A stretch of 64,000 nt of DNA from Schizochytrium sp. TIO01 (lineage: Eukaryota > Protista > Bigyra: Labyrinthulomycetes): the NCBI GenBank assembly GCA_004764695.1, contig SMSO01000035.1, positions 2,988,040 to 3,052,039 on the forward strand, read 5' to 3'. Made by a program: the position numbers and the translations under genes. Shown piece by piece: positions 11,711 through 24,968 of this stretch. The first letter of the stretch is position 1; each line of letters begins with the position of its first letter. The notes beneath the pieces are model-generated. The model searched no databases and was not told the DNA's origin. It saw only the letters and a list, made by a program, of their open reading frames with translations.

Positions 11711-12020
11711 CTCAATAGCTCTAATGTTGAAAAGCAACTCTCTGTTTATATTTCTGTTGAAAGCAAAGCACAGTTCTTCCTAAACATTGTCAATCTCTGA
11801 AACTAAATCTGGCGATTTGATCTCCATTTCTTTACATCTCCTTGCAATCAATATATATATTTGGACAATAGATTCACTTATTGCTACTCCAATGCAGCAT
11901 CAGAGAATCTGGGATACGCAACTTCCTTCTACACGCTCTCATCAATCTTTGGATACTACGACGCTAAGTTTGTGGAGTTTTGCGCTTTTCTAATTTGCAC
12001 AAGGACTTCATCAAAGGTAG
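11711..12020 (-). pseudogene. Decayed gene fragment, paralogous to 4471-4846
   Basis: Translates FDEVL...EMEIKSPDLVSEIDNV*EELCFAFNRNINRELLFNIRA. Shared DNA blocks include aagcaactctctgttt and gacttcatcaaagg. Confidence 0.55.
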
Positions 12021-13319
12021 GGCCAAGTGTGGTATCACAGACAGAACACTTTCTCCGAACTCAATACGTCCTCCATAATAGGATATTGCAGATAAGCTTG
12101 TGTAATGGAGCATACATAGGCAGTCTGACAAGAAGATAGTGAACCCAGATGAAGTGAAGCCTGTTGATGAAGGTGAAAGTAAAAAGGGTGAGACTTGGTT
12201 CTTGAGGTTTTACGATGAATGTATCATGTCGAGGCGAAGAGTGTCGGGCCGTAGAGTTAGGTTAGGTTAGATTGAGGTAGGGTTAGACACCTAGCTGAAC
12301 ATTACTTCGATATAGGATATAATCTCTGTCTTAGTCTATTCAGTATGACATGATAGAACATTTATAAATAGCAAGTTCTGGGCAAAAGCTACTGCATTTC
12401 AACCATTGTAGGAGGCTGTAATGAGTCTACCAGGTACTTCTGCTTATTCACACCCTTACAAAGTGGTTTCTTCCTTCACTTTGTTATGCCATGTGTCCAG
12501 ATCTACTGCTAGCCAGAGATCTACGGACTCGTCTTACAGAGAACTATACATTTGCCCTAAGTTGACCCAACAGATCTCCAAAAGGCAGAAGGCTACAGCT
12601 CTGCAAGTTAATATTCAAAGTGCTTGTAGAATCAAGCAGAACAACGACATGGCAGCACTTTGCTCAATCAAATAGTAGATTGCAAGACGACGACTTTGGT
12701 TTACATGCTACAGGACACCAGATAAGCTACGGCGAAAAGAAAGTATATGTGTGATTACGAGAGAAGACAGAAGGAGGCCTCGAGTGATTGATTTATTGTA
12801 AAAAGCAAAATTTAGATAATATTTTTCTACTGGGTCAGAGCGAGGGATAGTCTGGCAAGCGACATTGTTCACAAAACTACTCGAAGTATTGAGGATTTAA
12901 AGATGGAAATTGTCTTTGCTACACAGGAATACATTAAAAAAGTGAGGCCCGACCCTGCAAAGTATGCTCACTGCCACAATGATTTTGAGTATATGTTTAA
13001 ATGAAGAATTTGGGTCCGAATGATTCGGACTGTAAGATGTAAGGAGGTCAAAGTGAGGAGGGGCTTTTGTATTGGAAATGTCTACAGTGCATTCAAATAT
13101 GGCCAAGGGTGTGTCGTTAGTCCAGAAGTAATCAAGATATTGGAGAATATGAATCGTAGAGATTTTCGATAGCTTTTTCTTTGGTATAAGATTTTTATTA
13201 TCATCTTCAATATTCAGAATCTATTTGCGAAAATCCACATGCTGTTATCTTTGTTTAAATGTGTGGATAAGTTGAAAAGTACAAGTAGATTTGGTGTATG
13301 AAAGGCAAGTTGTGTAAAT

Positions 13320-16300
13320 TCAGTTTGGCGTTAAAGCATATTCAAGTGTAAGATATGAACACAAATTGTTGCACATTGCTGATATGCTTTCGATAGCTTG
13401 GTTGGCTTGATCGATTTGAGATTCGAGCTCTTGAATCCGGGTTTGTTTTGCTAGATTGTTAGTATCTAAATTTTCTTCCTCTCCGTAGTCTTCTTCATAA
13501 TCCTCTTCGTAATTCCCTTCGTACTCTTCCTCTTCATTCTGGTTTTCTAAGTGTTCGTTTCCCTCGTGATTTTCGCAATTTTCCTCTGACAGTATAAGAT
13601 CGAATCTCCGTCTTTTGTAGTTTCGCGGAAGATTGTAGTGATTCGAAAGTGCCAAGATACCCTGAAATTCCTCCAGCAATTTGTTACGACGGGGAAGGAC
13701 GCCTTGAAGTTCGTGAATTCGATTCGTGAGATCCAATTCTATGCGCAATTGCCTAAACAAGATAAGTGATTGATTCATGTGTGAGTTCTACTGAATTCTT
13801 CTCTTCATCTATAATACCCTGTAACTTACTTGGGATCCCCATCAATACTGTACGTTTTGAATTCTGCATTAGTATAGTTCATTTTGCCTGTGCTATGGTA
13901 CGTCTAACTTACTCTAGCCTGGTAAGGGTCCAATTATCTCGGAGAGTTTCAGCAAGGGCTTGATGGCCCTCATCCCCAATATGATTCGATCGCAAACTGC
14001 CAGAAAGTTAGATTTCCAGTGTAACGAGTTATAGTTTATCATTCTCTGTCGTAACTTACTTAAGCCATTTTAAAGCTTTGTTCGACGCCAATGCACGCAC
14101 AAAAGGACGCGCACACTCAGGGCCAAGATCATTACTCTCAAGACTTTGTTTTTAACCGGAAGCACGGGCAGTGGAAGTATGTCAGAAAGTCAATCGCGTA
14201 GAAGAGAAACAAAAAATCTTCTGAAACCTACTGAAGTGTTTCGAGCGTAGTGTTGACGCGAAGCGCACTTGCAAGAGCACAAGCTCCTTTTGATCCGATG
14301 TGGTTGTAGTAAAACCTATGTGAAAATATTGAACCACGTCAGTTGAAGTTTTATTGCGCAGCTTCAAAATTTGCCCGACTTACACAAGTGACTTGAGTCT
14401 AGTATTGGTTCGAAGTGCCTTTGCAAATGCACATGCTCCTTTGTTTGCGGTGTTGTTCTCGGAGAAACTAATGCCGTGGGAAAATATATAAACAAAAGAG
14501 CAGTTAGGTGATCAATTGTTTACATGGAAATGAAAGTGTTGAAATAACTTACCTCAAAGCCTCCAAGGTGTTGTTTTTCTCCAATGCTTGCCCGAGAGCC
14601 CGTGCGCCTTCGTCTCCGAATTGGTTTTTTCGAAGACTAAGAAGCCAGATAGTATAAATAATAATGGAGATACAATTAGTCAAGAGATCGCGAATGAACA
14701 TTCAGGACTCACTTACTTGAGATCTGTCAAGGTTGAATTGGTTCTCAGGGCAATTGCGATCGCAAGAACTCCTTCATTACCAATGTCATTTACCTGCAAA
14801 CTGTTTTTAGGGATGTCGTTGGTAAGTAAGTTTTCAATAAACGTGAGTGCAAGCAAAGAAAGTATGTTATAGTCTTTGCTACTTTAGTAAAACTTACTCG
14901 AGGACTGATAGCGATGTTTCAGGGCCTTGAAGCGCACGAGCTAATACGCTAGCACATTCATTATTGATATTGTTGCCGAATAAGCTGAAAACATATAAAA
15001 CACAGCTTTGGTTAGAAATGAGTGAAATGCTTCAGCAAAACAGTTCAGCGACTTACTACAATTTCGTAAGAGTGGAGTTTACTAATAAAGACTCGGCAAC
15101 GGCTAGAATTCCTTCTGGACCGCACGAAATACTCTCAATGCTGCAATCGGAAATTCACATTTAATTCCGCACACGAATAGATCACATGGAGGAAGATAAA
15201 ATAATTGTCAATGAGAAGTCCTGCCTATTCCAGTGAGATGGCTAACTTACAAAAGTTCACACAGAGTTTGATTATTAGCCAAAGCCTGTCCCAATGCACG
15301 TGCACTCTCGATGCCCAATTCATTTCTTGAAAGTCTATAAATATTTGCAAATAAATCATTGCCAAGGTATCCCGCCAAGTTAGCTTTTTCTTTGCCCTCA
15401 ATTTTCTAAAAGTCGAGGGTTTGCGGAGAATCCAACCATGAATATATGCTTGCTCAAAACGTACACCAAGGTTTCTAATCCTGTATTGATCCGTAATGCC
15501 TGTGCAAGCGCGCATCCGCCGCTCGAAGTAATTCCATTGTTATTTAAGCTGCGATACGATAAATAGGTTAGCGATTAGTTTGCGCATTTTCCCATGACGG
15601 AAAAATTAATAAAGTCATCTGTATTGTTAACGCACTGTAAAGACTTCAACGAGGAGTTTTCTGTTAAGGCTTTTGCAAGCTCATTGGTGCCTTCGTTGCC
15701 GATATTGTTCCATGATATACTATTAAACAAAGAACGACGTCCAGAGATTAGTCTTGAATTAGTCAGGTTGAATATCCAAAATGCCTTCACGGAAAAACTT
15801 ACTCAAGGCTGAGCAGAGATCTATTTAGTTTTAAAGCTTCTGCAAGCACTTCTGCGCCCCTGGACCCAAGCTCATTTCGGGAAAGGCTGCATGATGAACA
15901 CATCAAAGACCATACATGGACTACTGTTAGCGATTCGTAGAATAACAAGGGGGCATCAAGTACTTACTTTAAATCTATCAGGACTGAGTTGAACTGTATG
16001 ACTTCAGCAATCTTGATTGCTGATTCGGCCCCAAGCTCGTTGCTCCAAACACTGTTTTGAAAAGTAAGTAAAGGGCTATTGCACATTTCACGCTGGAGTT
16101 GAACTTACGCGAAAGACTGCAGCGTTGTATTATCACGCAATGCATTTGCAAGTGCGACTGCACTTTCAGCACAGATAGGGTCATCTGCAATGCTGAAAGT
16201 GGTAGAGTAAGCGCATATATTTCATAAGCCAAGTTAGTAACCAATTCGAGGAATGAGGATTTTGAATATACGATCGCCTTCTGCTTACCTCAGGGATTTC

Positions 16301-16882
16301 AATGAAGTATTCACTCGCAAGACGTCAGCAACTGCGGATAAGCCGCGCAGGCTGAGATCGTTGCTCCATAATCTAAAAGAGACCATATCAATACACGTTG
16401 ATTATCACTTGGTTAGCTGTCGCACAGTATTGAGACACCTCAAAAGGGAACTCACTTTAGTGTTTCCAGGGAGGCGTTTGCTTTTAGGGCATTTGCAAGC
16501 ACACACCCGCCTTCTGAACCCATACTGTTATGGGAGAGGCTATGATATGATTCCAATAAATTCAGAGTTAGCTTATTCTCGATGATACAAATGAATAAAC
16601 CCGCTTCAGTTTGCTTAGATGAGACATCTGCACTCTACGTGTGACAAAGAGAACGTACCATAGGCTTTTCAATAATTTTTCCTTTTCAAGAAGCGATGCA
16701 AGTTCTTGCATTTCCTCGACGTCAAGTTCCACAAATTGAAGACTGTTACCATAATTTTAGAGTAAGCTTTTCCCATCCAAAAATTCAAATTACAAGAAAA
16801 AAGGGAAAACGTACACTACCTCTTCAGCACTTTTATTATGAATAACCTCGAGGGCCTCTCCAAGCGAATTCACGCGGACCAT
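13320..16882 (-). CDS. LRR protein (17 RI/NLRC3-like repeats) with acidic and coiled-coil C-terminus, 649 aa, 20 exons
   Basis: Exons 16882-16815, 16742-16659, 16539-16456, 16372-16289, 16192-16109, 16051-15968, 15886-15803, 15719-15636, 15548-15465, 15334-15251, 15140-15057, 14984-14898 (87 nt), 14800-14717, 14636-14553, 14467-14384, 14315-14232, 14143-14060, 13996-13913, 13847-13830, 13752-13320. All are GT-AG and phase 2, giving a 1950-nt open frame. Example repeat: ISWNNIGNEGTNELAKALTENSSLKSL. Confidence 0.9.
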
Positions 16883-19078
16883 TTTTTAGTAGTCTTAGAT
16901 ATAGTTCCTCTTGTTGTTTGTACGCTAGAACCAGTTGTCTCTGTTGCTATCCTGCAAAAGGTTGCCCTATACTTTTTTGGAGGCGGCTTCTCTGTAGTTA
17001 TTTCTTGATCTGCGCGCGCGAGTTTGCTTTCCTCTTTGACGCGAACGGAGTAGATAAGCTTAACGAAAGCAGCAGATTAATCAGCCCTTCTCGGGTTTCT
17101 TTCTACGGGAGACGTATACTAGTCCCAGTATAGGAGAAGGCAAGGGGGAGGAGAAGAGGTTGACGACACAGGAATAAGGCTCGTTGTTATCTCAGTGTTT
17201 TGTCGACTGCCTGTTCTGCTCTAGCAAAAGTGTTTTGACTCCGTTTCTGTGCCTCCTTTGAACTTTTCCAAAATTAGTTGATGTGTGACTAGCTAGGTAC
17301 TAGAAGGTACTATTAGTAGTTGCCTAGGTTAGCTGCTACTAGGACTACTACCTGGTATTTATTATATCATGTTCATGGCTGAGTAAATGTCACTATTTAT
17401 GATAGACTATCAAAGGCAATGTGACCTATTTTCATGAGTTCTCACCTCCACCCAAGCAATTGTCAAGGGTTGGCGAAATTATGATGCCTCTCTGCTTTTG
17501 ATAGGTAGCGCTAAGAATTTAACACAGTTTTACTTAGGTCAAGGCTCGAGTAAAGACACACTTAATCTTCAGAACATGCGTAGGATTAGTGACCTGTTTT
17601 GTCGATGACACAGACACAACTTTGCTCTATTCAGGCAACAGTGTTGGAAAGATACACTTATATTATACTTCTTGATTTCGCATTTGCATGCTTTAGGTCT
17701 TGAAAGATGGAAATTACTAGAATGCATGATTTTGATTTTGATGAGTGATTACAAATATCAAAATCTGCAAGACTGGATGTTACTTACACTCATCTCAAAG
17801 TGGTGAGACCATTTTCTAATCAGAATTAGTAGTAGTCCACAGTGATTTGAATCCATACTCCTCAATCTGCTAATTCAAGCTCTGGAAAATACAATTTCCG
17901 TTTCCCATCACGACATTTGCCTACGAATGCTATGTTGGCTACTTTATTTAGCTCATAGTTGTTGTGCAACAAAAAGAAGGAGATTACCGCTGTTTCTCAA
18001 GATATCAATTCCGATCCAGTTTAGCTAATCTGATGCTCAGCAAGTTTTTCCAATTTTCGAGATGGAATTTTATTTAGGTCCCATTTTTTATTACGTGCTC
18101 AAAAGGTCAAAGAATTAATAACATCAGATGACTTCAACTGAGTACCTGGTGTTATTATCCTTGCAAATAATATGTCATTCCAGACATGTACCTTGAGTGA
18201 AAGTAACCGAGAACGCGGGCGTAACATATATTCATAGTATAAACTTCTATCTTGAAGAACATACTACTCCAAGCTTGGATGGGTGCGTGCTATTCCAAAT
18301 GCAAAGACTCTTATACTAACCCATTACTAGTGTACCTACATTTGACTTTATATGTAGATCCAGACTTGGAGGGGTGTACTTAGAGTCTTTAAGAATATAT
18401 TAGTCTATGACCAACAAAGGTTACTTGTACCTCTAAAGGTATATACTAGTAGTAGTGCAAGCTTAAATGGCGTTCGCTAGATCGCAGGTAGATAAAACCC
18501 GCTGCAGCATATTAAAAACCGACTGAGGACAAGTGTGCCACCCAACCAAGAGCTACTCGCCACATGATTCTCTCCATATCCCTTGCCCCGTGCTTGTTCT
18601 ATTTTGTACCAAGACATATATGTTGCTCAGTTCTTTTACCTGCGGTGATAATGCATCAAGACCCTTATGTACCCCCTCTTCTGAAAAGCTTATCTTATTA
18701 ATAATATCTCATCCAAGCTTGGATAGGTGCAACACACAACTACATGCAGATTGGTTCAGGATAGGAGCTTCATGTCCCAGTTTCTTACACTTAAAACACT
18801 TTCAATCTCAAGGTCGCTAAATCTGCTCAAGTTTAAGCAAGTTCGTAACTGAAGGCTAGATGCTCTTAATGCCCAATTGTATATAAATATCGACTCAGGT
18901 AGGTAGTTTTGAATAGTTAAAACAAATCCAAATTGTGGAATAACCAAAACCGAATTGAGACAACAAGTTTGTGTCATTCAAGCTCAACACTGACCAAACG
19001 TTCGAGAGAACTCTAGTAACAAGAGAAGAAGACGAGGAGGCTTAGTTGGATTGTCTCTACATTGTTGCTTTTGTGAAC

Positions 19079-20527
19079 ATGAACCTGCCATTCAAACGCA
19101 AGATGGATTTTGGAGATGACCAGCGCTCATTCCAGCGTGTGAGACAGAGTGCAGACGATGAGTATGAAGACCCGTTGTTTGAATGTATTGAATGTATTGA
19201 ATGCATTGAATGCATTGATCGAATTGGACTTGATGTTGTCAATTTATTCGACTCACCCAATGAATCTAGTGAGGGTGGCGAGCTCAATTCCCCTGGTGAC
19301 CAAAATCATCTGTCCAACTCGTCACCAGACAGTTTCTCTCAACCACCGCCTCTTGACAATCAAAATTTGAACACCACAAACGTGTCGGCTAGATTGGAGT
19401 TCGGTCCCTCTTCCACGGTGGATACATCAAACGTTGCTAGATTGGACGTTGCGCGCTCATTCCAGCGTGTGAGACAGAGTGCAGACGATGAGCATGAAGT
19501 TCCGTTGTTTGAATGTATTGAATGTATTGAATGCATTGAATGCATTGATCGAATTGGACTTGATGTTGTCAATTTATTCGACTCACTCAATGAATCTAAT
19601 GAGGGTGGCGAACTCAGTTCCCCTGGTGACCAAAATCATCTGTCCAACTCGTCACCAGACAGTTTCTCTCAACCACCGCCTCTTGACAATCAAAATTTGA
19701 ACACCACAAACGTGTCGGCTAGATTGGAGTTCAGTACCTCTTCCACCGTGGTTTCATCAAACGTTGCTAGATTGGATATTGCCCCAGACTTGCAATTCGA
19801 TTATAACAATGCCATAAATTCTACTACCTCCACTTCTCTCGACCAGCACAATAACTCAAGGAGAGAGCGGCAAACTTTTGCAAACGGATACTCACATAGA
19901 AGTCCAGAGTTGTCTAGAGTACCAATCCAAGAAACTATCCAGGGAAACTCTGTTCGGTTGGAGAAACATTCTTTCTCAACCCCAGTTTATCACAGCTACA
20001 CTACCTATGGATGCACTTACGCTGTATTGAAAAGCAGTACGTTGCCTCGAAGCATCAGTGCTTGTATCGACAGTAAGACGTGGCAAGGTAGGTCTGCGCG
20101 AGAGTATTGTGCAGTCTCAATCCAAGAAAATCCTACATGGATTCGCCAAAGCAATTATTCGCACTTTGAACTTACGATGGAATCACAAGAGCGTCCAGGT
20201 CCTTCCATTTGTAAAGTTGTGGGCAGCTCAAAAAGTCGAACAAATATCGAGATTATTGGGGATTTCATTGTGATTCAGTTCGTCTGGAAGCCTGTAAATG
20301 GCTTCAAGCTGTTTCGCCCAGAACAACATCACCAGAATAAGGTCCGTGTATCTATTTTGTGCGCATTTGATGATGATAATCTCGTTTGCGTCCCGATTGA
20401 AGCCCCTGTTCATGTATTCTCGAAGCGCGATGGCAAAACTAGGATGAATGATCTTCCTCCAGAGCACATGAAAGGACACGATAGCATGAAGGCATATATC
20501 GCGTCTCTACGACCGACACGATGCTAA
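19079..20527 (+). CDS. Hypothetical protein: duplicated acidic/Ser-Pro N-terminus plus beta-rich C-terminal domain (possible Ig-fold DNA-binding domain)
   Basis: Long ORF with first ATG at 19079. The function is inferred only from weak motif resemblance. Confidence 0.7.
   Translation: MNLPFKRKMDFGDDQRSFQRVRQSADDEYEDPLFECIECIECIECIDRIGLDVVNLFDSPNESSEGGELNSPGDQNHLSNSSPDSFSQPPPLDNQNLNTTNVSARLEFGPSSTVDTSNVARLDVARSFQRVRQSADDEHEVPLFECIECIECIECIDRIGLDVVNLFDSLNESNEGGELSSPGDQNHLSNSSPDSFSQPPPLDNQNLNTTNVSARLEFSTSSTVVSSNVARLDIAPDLQFDYNNAINSTTSTSLDQHNNSRRERQTFANGYSHRSPELSRVPIQETIQGNSVRLEKHSFSTPVYHSYTTYGCTYAVLKSSTLPRSISACIDSKTWQGRSAREYCAVSIQENPTWIRQSNYSHFELTMESQERPGPSICKVVGSSKSRTNIEIIGDFIVIQFVWKPVNGFKLFRPEQHHQNKVRVSILCAFDDDNLVCVPIEAPVHVFSKRDGKTRMNDLPPEHMKGHDSMKAYIASLRPTRC
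19123..19782 (+). repeat. 330-bp in-frame tandem duplication (2 copies), each with a (gaatgYatt)4 micro-repeat
   Basis: gcgctcattccagcgtgtgagacagagt starts at 19123 and 19453; the copies are nearly identical. Confidence 0.95.
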
Positions 20528-20867
20528 ACCCAAATAAATAAATATAAATAAATAAATATTTTAATTGAATGAAAACGACAACTTGCGAAGGTTGGTGAGT
20601 ATAATAATGGCTGGGAGGTCTGTCTCTGTCCATCGACAATAACCAGATATACATAAAGTCCAAGTTTACACACAGTGATAGAGTTGAAATACCTGTCTAT
20701 TTTTCGTTTACAAAAGAATCAAATAAGAGGAAAGCATGGTATCCCGGAAAGTGACACAAGCCAACATTCCAGGAAGAGGCAACATTTGTCAAATATAGCC
20801 TCATTCGAGAATTGAAGCTTGCTTTGAAATTTTCTTTTTCGTAGTACTGAAGATGAGATATAATAAA

Positions 20868-21182
20868 TTAATTCATGCGAAATTGTTCATGAAGTGTAGC
20901 AAATCCAACCATGCTCGAGTGAGTTCCCTCGACTATTGGCGGAATATGTAAGGAGGACGCAGATGAATAAGGCGAATGCGAGTCTCCTGTAGAAGCTTTG
21001 AGTATTGGACTGGCGCGTTCATCCAAACTTGCGCAATCTCGGTTGTCGATACCAGAGCGCGAATTCCAAGAATTATAACCCTCAGCGAGATCTTCGTCGT
21101 CGTGATCACCTGTATTATTTTCAGGATTCGAATTTGGGGGTTGTGGTGACGAGCAACAACGGTCCCTGAAATGCTGTTGTTG

Positions 21183-21222
<40 letters not shown>

Positions 21223-22892
21223 TGCTGCTGGAGTCCTAGTTCTGGTGTTTGACCAGCGTCAACAGAGTGCTTTGATCGAGATCGTGTAATCTTGCGAGAT
21301 ATACGCTTTGTTAAGTTGGGCTTACTTGTTTGCGGAGGCTGAATGACAGGGGCGGAGTTCTGAACGAAAGAAGGATTGTCTTGGAAAGTTGAAGATTGCA
21401 GTGCTGGCGGTGCTCGCTTTGATGTCTCCTCTGCGTTCAATCGCAGCGATAATTCGTTTTGATCCAGTAGATGAGCGGCCTCTGGGAAATCTCCAGTGAC
21501 CGCTGCAGCAGCAATAAGATTACGTAGCCGACCCGAACGATAAGCACTACATGATGCCACCAAAGTAGAGTTTACCTGTTGTGCCGGGGTATTGACCACC
21601 AAGGCTGGTGGCGCAATCAAAGGCGGGTAAGCTTGTCGAAGGGCTGAGGAGGAAACCATACTTGTTGGAGGGAGGGTGCTCAGAGGAGCTGAACCGCAAC
21701 TAGAAAGCGGCATGTACGGCCCTGTAGGTATACTTCCCACAGAAGATACGCTTTTCTTACGACTTCGCCGCTTTTTACGCTCTTGTGCAGCGTTTTTACT
21801 GCCGATTCCAGAAGAGTGACCATAATTAGGACCTCCAAATGTAAGTGGCCCTCCTGGAAAAGCAGCTGGCGCAAGGTTTCCTTGCGCAAAAACAACATCG
21901 GTGCTAGCCGCTTCTAACCGAACCAAGCGTCGTTGAAATAATCGATCTTTTGAAATAACTGCTTCATTTGCAATATCTACGATTGCACATGCAGCACGTG
22001 GAAACTGTGGAAGGAAGTCTTCGAGGATACGCGAAAGTCTCATTGCATAGCCGTGAAAGCATCCGAGGGTCAAACCAATGGTATCTGGCAATCTTCGGAT
22101 TTGGTCTTCGCGGAATCTGTCCAAACTAGAAACGCATGCATCCGTGGCATCACTAAGAGCTCGTTCTGCCATATCAGCTCGTTCTCGTTTCGTCATTGAG
22201 TCGAGGTTTTTGTGTGTGTCAAAGTTTCCTTCGTCGTCCAAGTCATCAACAGCAGAGGTGAGTGCAGAAGCGCTGCTACTACCACTAGCTTTACGTGAGA
22301 AAGGATGGGGTGTTCGCTGTGTAGAGCCAATTGATTCGCCTAGGGCATATGCAGGGGAAGTATTATCATCACCATCGGCGTGAATTTGATGTGTAGAAGA
22401 TGATGAAGATCGAAGATGCCGTCTTCGCAGCACAGAATAGACCTCAAGTTTCTTCTTGCGAGCGTTCAGACGAGCTTGGATGACTTGAACGTCTGTTGCC
22501 AAGGTCTCCATAATTGGTTTTAATGCCCCTGAAACAAATACAGAGTGTACAGGTCGTGCTACCGTGTCTGTGGCACTCATCATACTTTGTAAGGCGCGGC
22601 AAAGTACTGTAGGGTCGCTGCAACCATGGTCTGTAGGATCCATAGGCCTTGTAACAAGAATTGTGTGTCTTGCAAGCTCTTCTGCGAGCGTTTGACTACA
22701 CGCGGAAAGAGCATCAAGGGCTCCGGCCCATGCTACCATAGCAGCTTGGACTCTACGTAATGATCGCTCGGTCTCTTCAAATTTGGATTGAGCACGTAAA
22801 AAAGTTCGGTCACATGCCACACTGTCTAGTCCTCCAGCGCGACTTCGAATTTGCTCAAGCAATCTTCTTTTCAATTTTTTCATTTGCTTCAT
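20868..22892 (-). CDS. Putative BAR-domain protein with disordered polyQ-containing tail, 674 aa
   Basis: Amphipathic basic N-terminal helix, then D..F..AQSKFEETERSLRR and long helices as in N-BAR proteins. Q19 tract at 21174-21230. Confidence 0.6.
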
Positions 22893-23575
22893 GATGAATT
22901 CTTTGTAAAGCTTGTTCGCCTACCTGTTCGATCCTGTTTCTGATGGCACTACTGAAAATGTGGTCTTCAAGATTAATTTGAAATAATTCGACTGCTTGAA
23001 GAAAATCAACGTTAAATACTCCGTGTATTTGTTTCTGTCTACCTGCGTCACTCCAGCAAGAATGAGCAAAATCCAAATATCAACCCCAACCACTCCGTTG
23101 TATTGATTTTTATTGAACCTCTGTCTCTGCAACAGGAATAAGCAAAGCTCAGATGCCACGATGCAATATATGCGATAATGCAATCTTCTAAACTACACAG
23201 AAAAGTGAATCAGTGCTTTGCTATCTATCTCCGAGGTTCTTATGGTGCTGCGGATATTGCAAGTTAAATAGTAGACGAAGAGCTCATCAAACCAAAACGA
23301 TATGCTGCTAGCCTAGGGCAGCCCCTCGCAAGACTTACGGGATATTCTCCACTAGGGGGAGTAGACAAATGTAAATGCCAGCAGATTGTATCGAGAGCAC
23401 AACTTTTTCTTCTGGCAGCGAGCAACAGGTCGTTGAATTTTGAAAATGAGCACGTTTATAACCTCGAGATATCAATTCACAGAGATATTTGGTGCGAGTT
23501 ATTGCACGGTCCTGCGACTTTATTCTTCGTTTGAAATATGACGAATGAAATCAATCAGTAAGGCAACCACTTGAG

Positions 23576-23700
23576 TGAGAGCTTTCTGCTCCGTACAAGG
23601 CCTCTTGGGCTAGTAGCTTCGACTGGTTCTGCCTTGATGAGAGCTTTCTGCTCCGTACAAGACCTCTTGTGCTAGAAACTTCGACTGGTTCTGCCTTGAT
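23576..23700. repeat. 62-bp tandem duplication (2 copies)
   Basis: tgagagctttctgctccgtacaag...ttcgactggttctgccttgat at 23576 and 23638. Confidence 0.9.
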
Positions 23701-24927
23701 ATGGCCTTTCAGTCGCAGTTCCTTGACCGCAAGCTGCTGCTTTTCCCATTGCAATGAAGAAACTACTGGGCATTGCATTATTACCTATCTCGAGAATACT
23801 ATCTGCAGCGAGCATAGTTCGTTGCTGCCTTTACTAAGAACTGTCCCACTTCTCGCAAGCTTCGATCACCCTCTAGCAGCTCTAAATGTTCAACCTACTA
23901 CTACGACCATACTAGATTGGCAAGTACCTTGCCTTGCTCTTTTTGGCACGCTCGTATGGTACATGGCACCATCCACTCTCATTAGTCAGAATCAATTCCA
24001 AAAAACCCTATCTATAGATAAAGAAACTCAAGAAAGATCATTCTTAGAATGGTTTTTTAACGCATAGCACGTAACGATATAATGTTTTGATTAAAAAATA
24101 ACTTGATAACAATACGTAACAAGATTGAAGAATAAAGCACAAGTTGCTATGAATTACTTGCAGATAGTCCCAACCATCGCGTGACTGACTTATGTCCTCT
24201 TTTAAGTTCAAGTTCGATTCTAATAAAGCAGACAAAGACCGATCAGGAGTGGGTTAGTCGCGTCACCCAAGTCCCCTCTTCATCCGACCAACAAACCGAC
24301 CGACCCATTTTCTTATTTAATAACATTTTCGTAGAAATAAAAGAAAAAGAAAGGGAAAATCGGTACATACCCTCAGCTATTCCTAGTAATCCTTTCACTA
24401 GGGTTAAGACTCAAACTTCATTTCGTTTATTTTTAATATTATTATTATATTTTTAATTGAAAAAACAAAACAAAATTCAAGGTGCGATGTCTAAACGGTC
24501 CTTTGTAAGAAGCAAAACTTTAAAGTTATAGGATATTGCTCGAGGTCCCTAGTGCTTAGTAAAGAGCAACTGTTGGTCGAATTTCTTTTGGGCGTCATGG
24601 TTATGTTAAACTCACAACATAGCCTTTCATCAGGCGCGAGAGGATTTTGAGGTATAGTAAACATTGTATATTTGTCTAAAGAACTATTCACTTCACGCGA
24701 TGACTGCAAATAGGAGAAAAAGGGACGGCTGGATTCTCTCCAAGACGGTAGGATTTTACGATAGTTCTGTTCTTTCATTTAAGATTGTGGAGTAAGCAAA
24801 GCAAAGCAAAGCAAGTATGCTTTGCAATGTATGATTCTTTCTTACAGAGGATTATAGGCGTAGGGAAGGCAGCTCTAGAACCCAGACAGCAAAACGTAAA
24901 TCTGACTGTCAAGGCCTACATCTTTTA

Positions 24928-24928
<1 letters not shown>

Positions 24929-24968
<40 letters not shown>
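24929..24968. repeat. (AAC)n microsatellite
   Basis: Read directly. Confidence 0.95.

Noticed and set aside
12256-12286. Telomere-like (GTTAG)3 tract
   Set aside because: Too short and degenerate to call an interstitial telomere.
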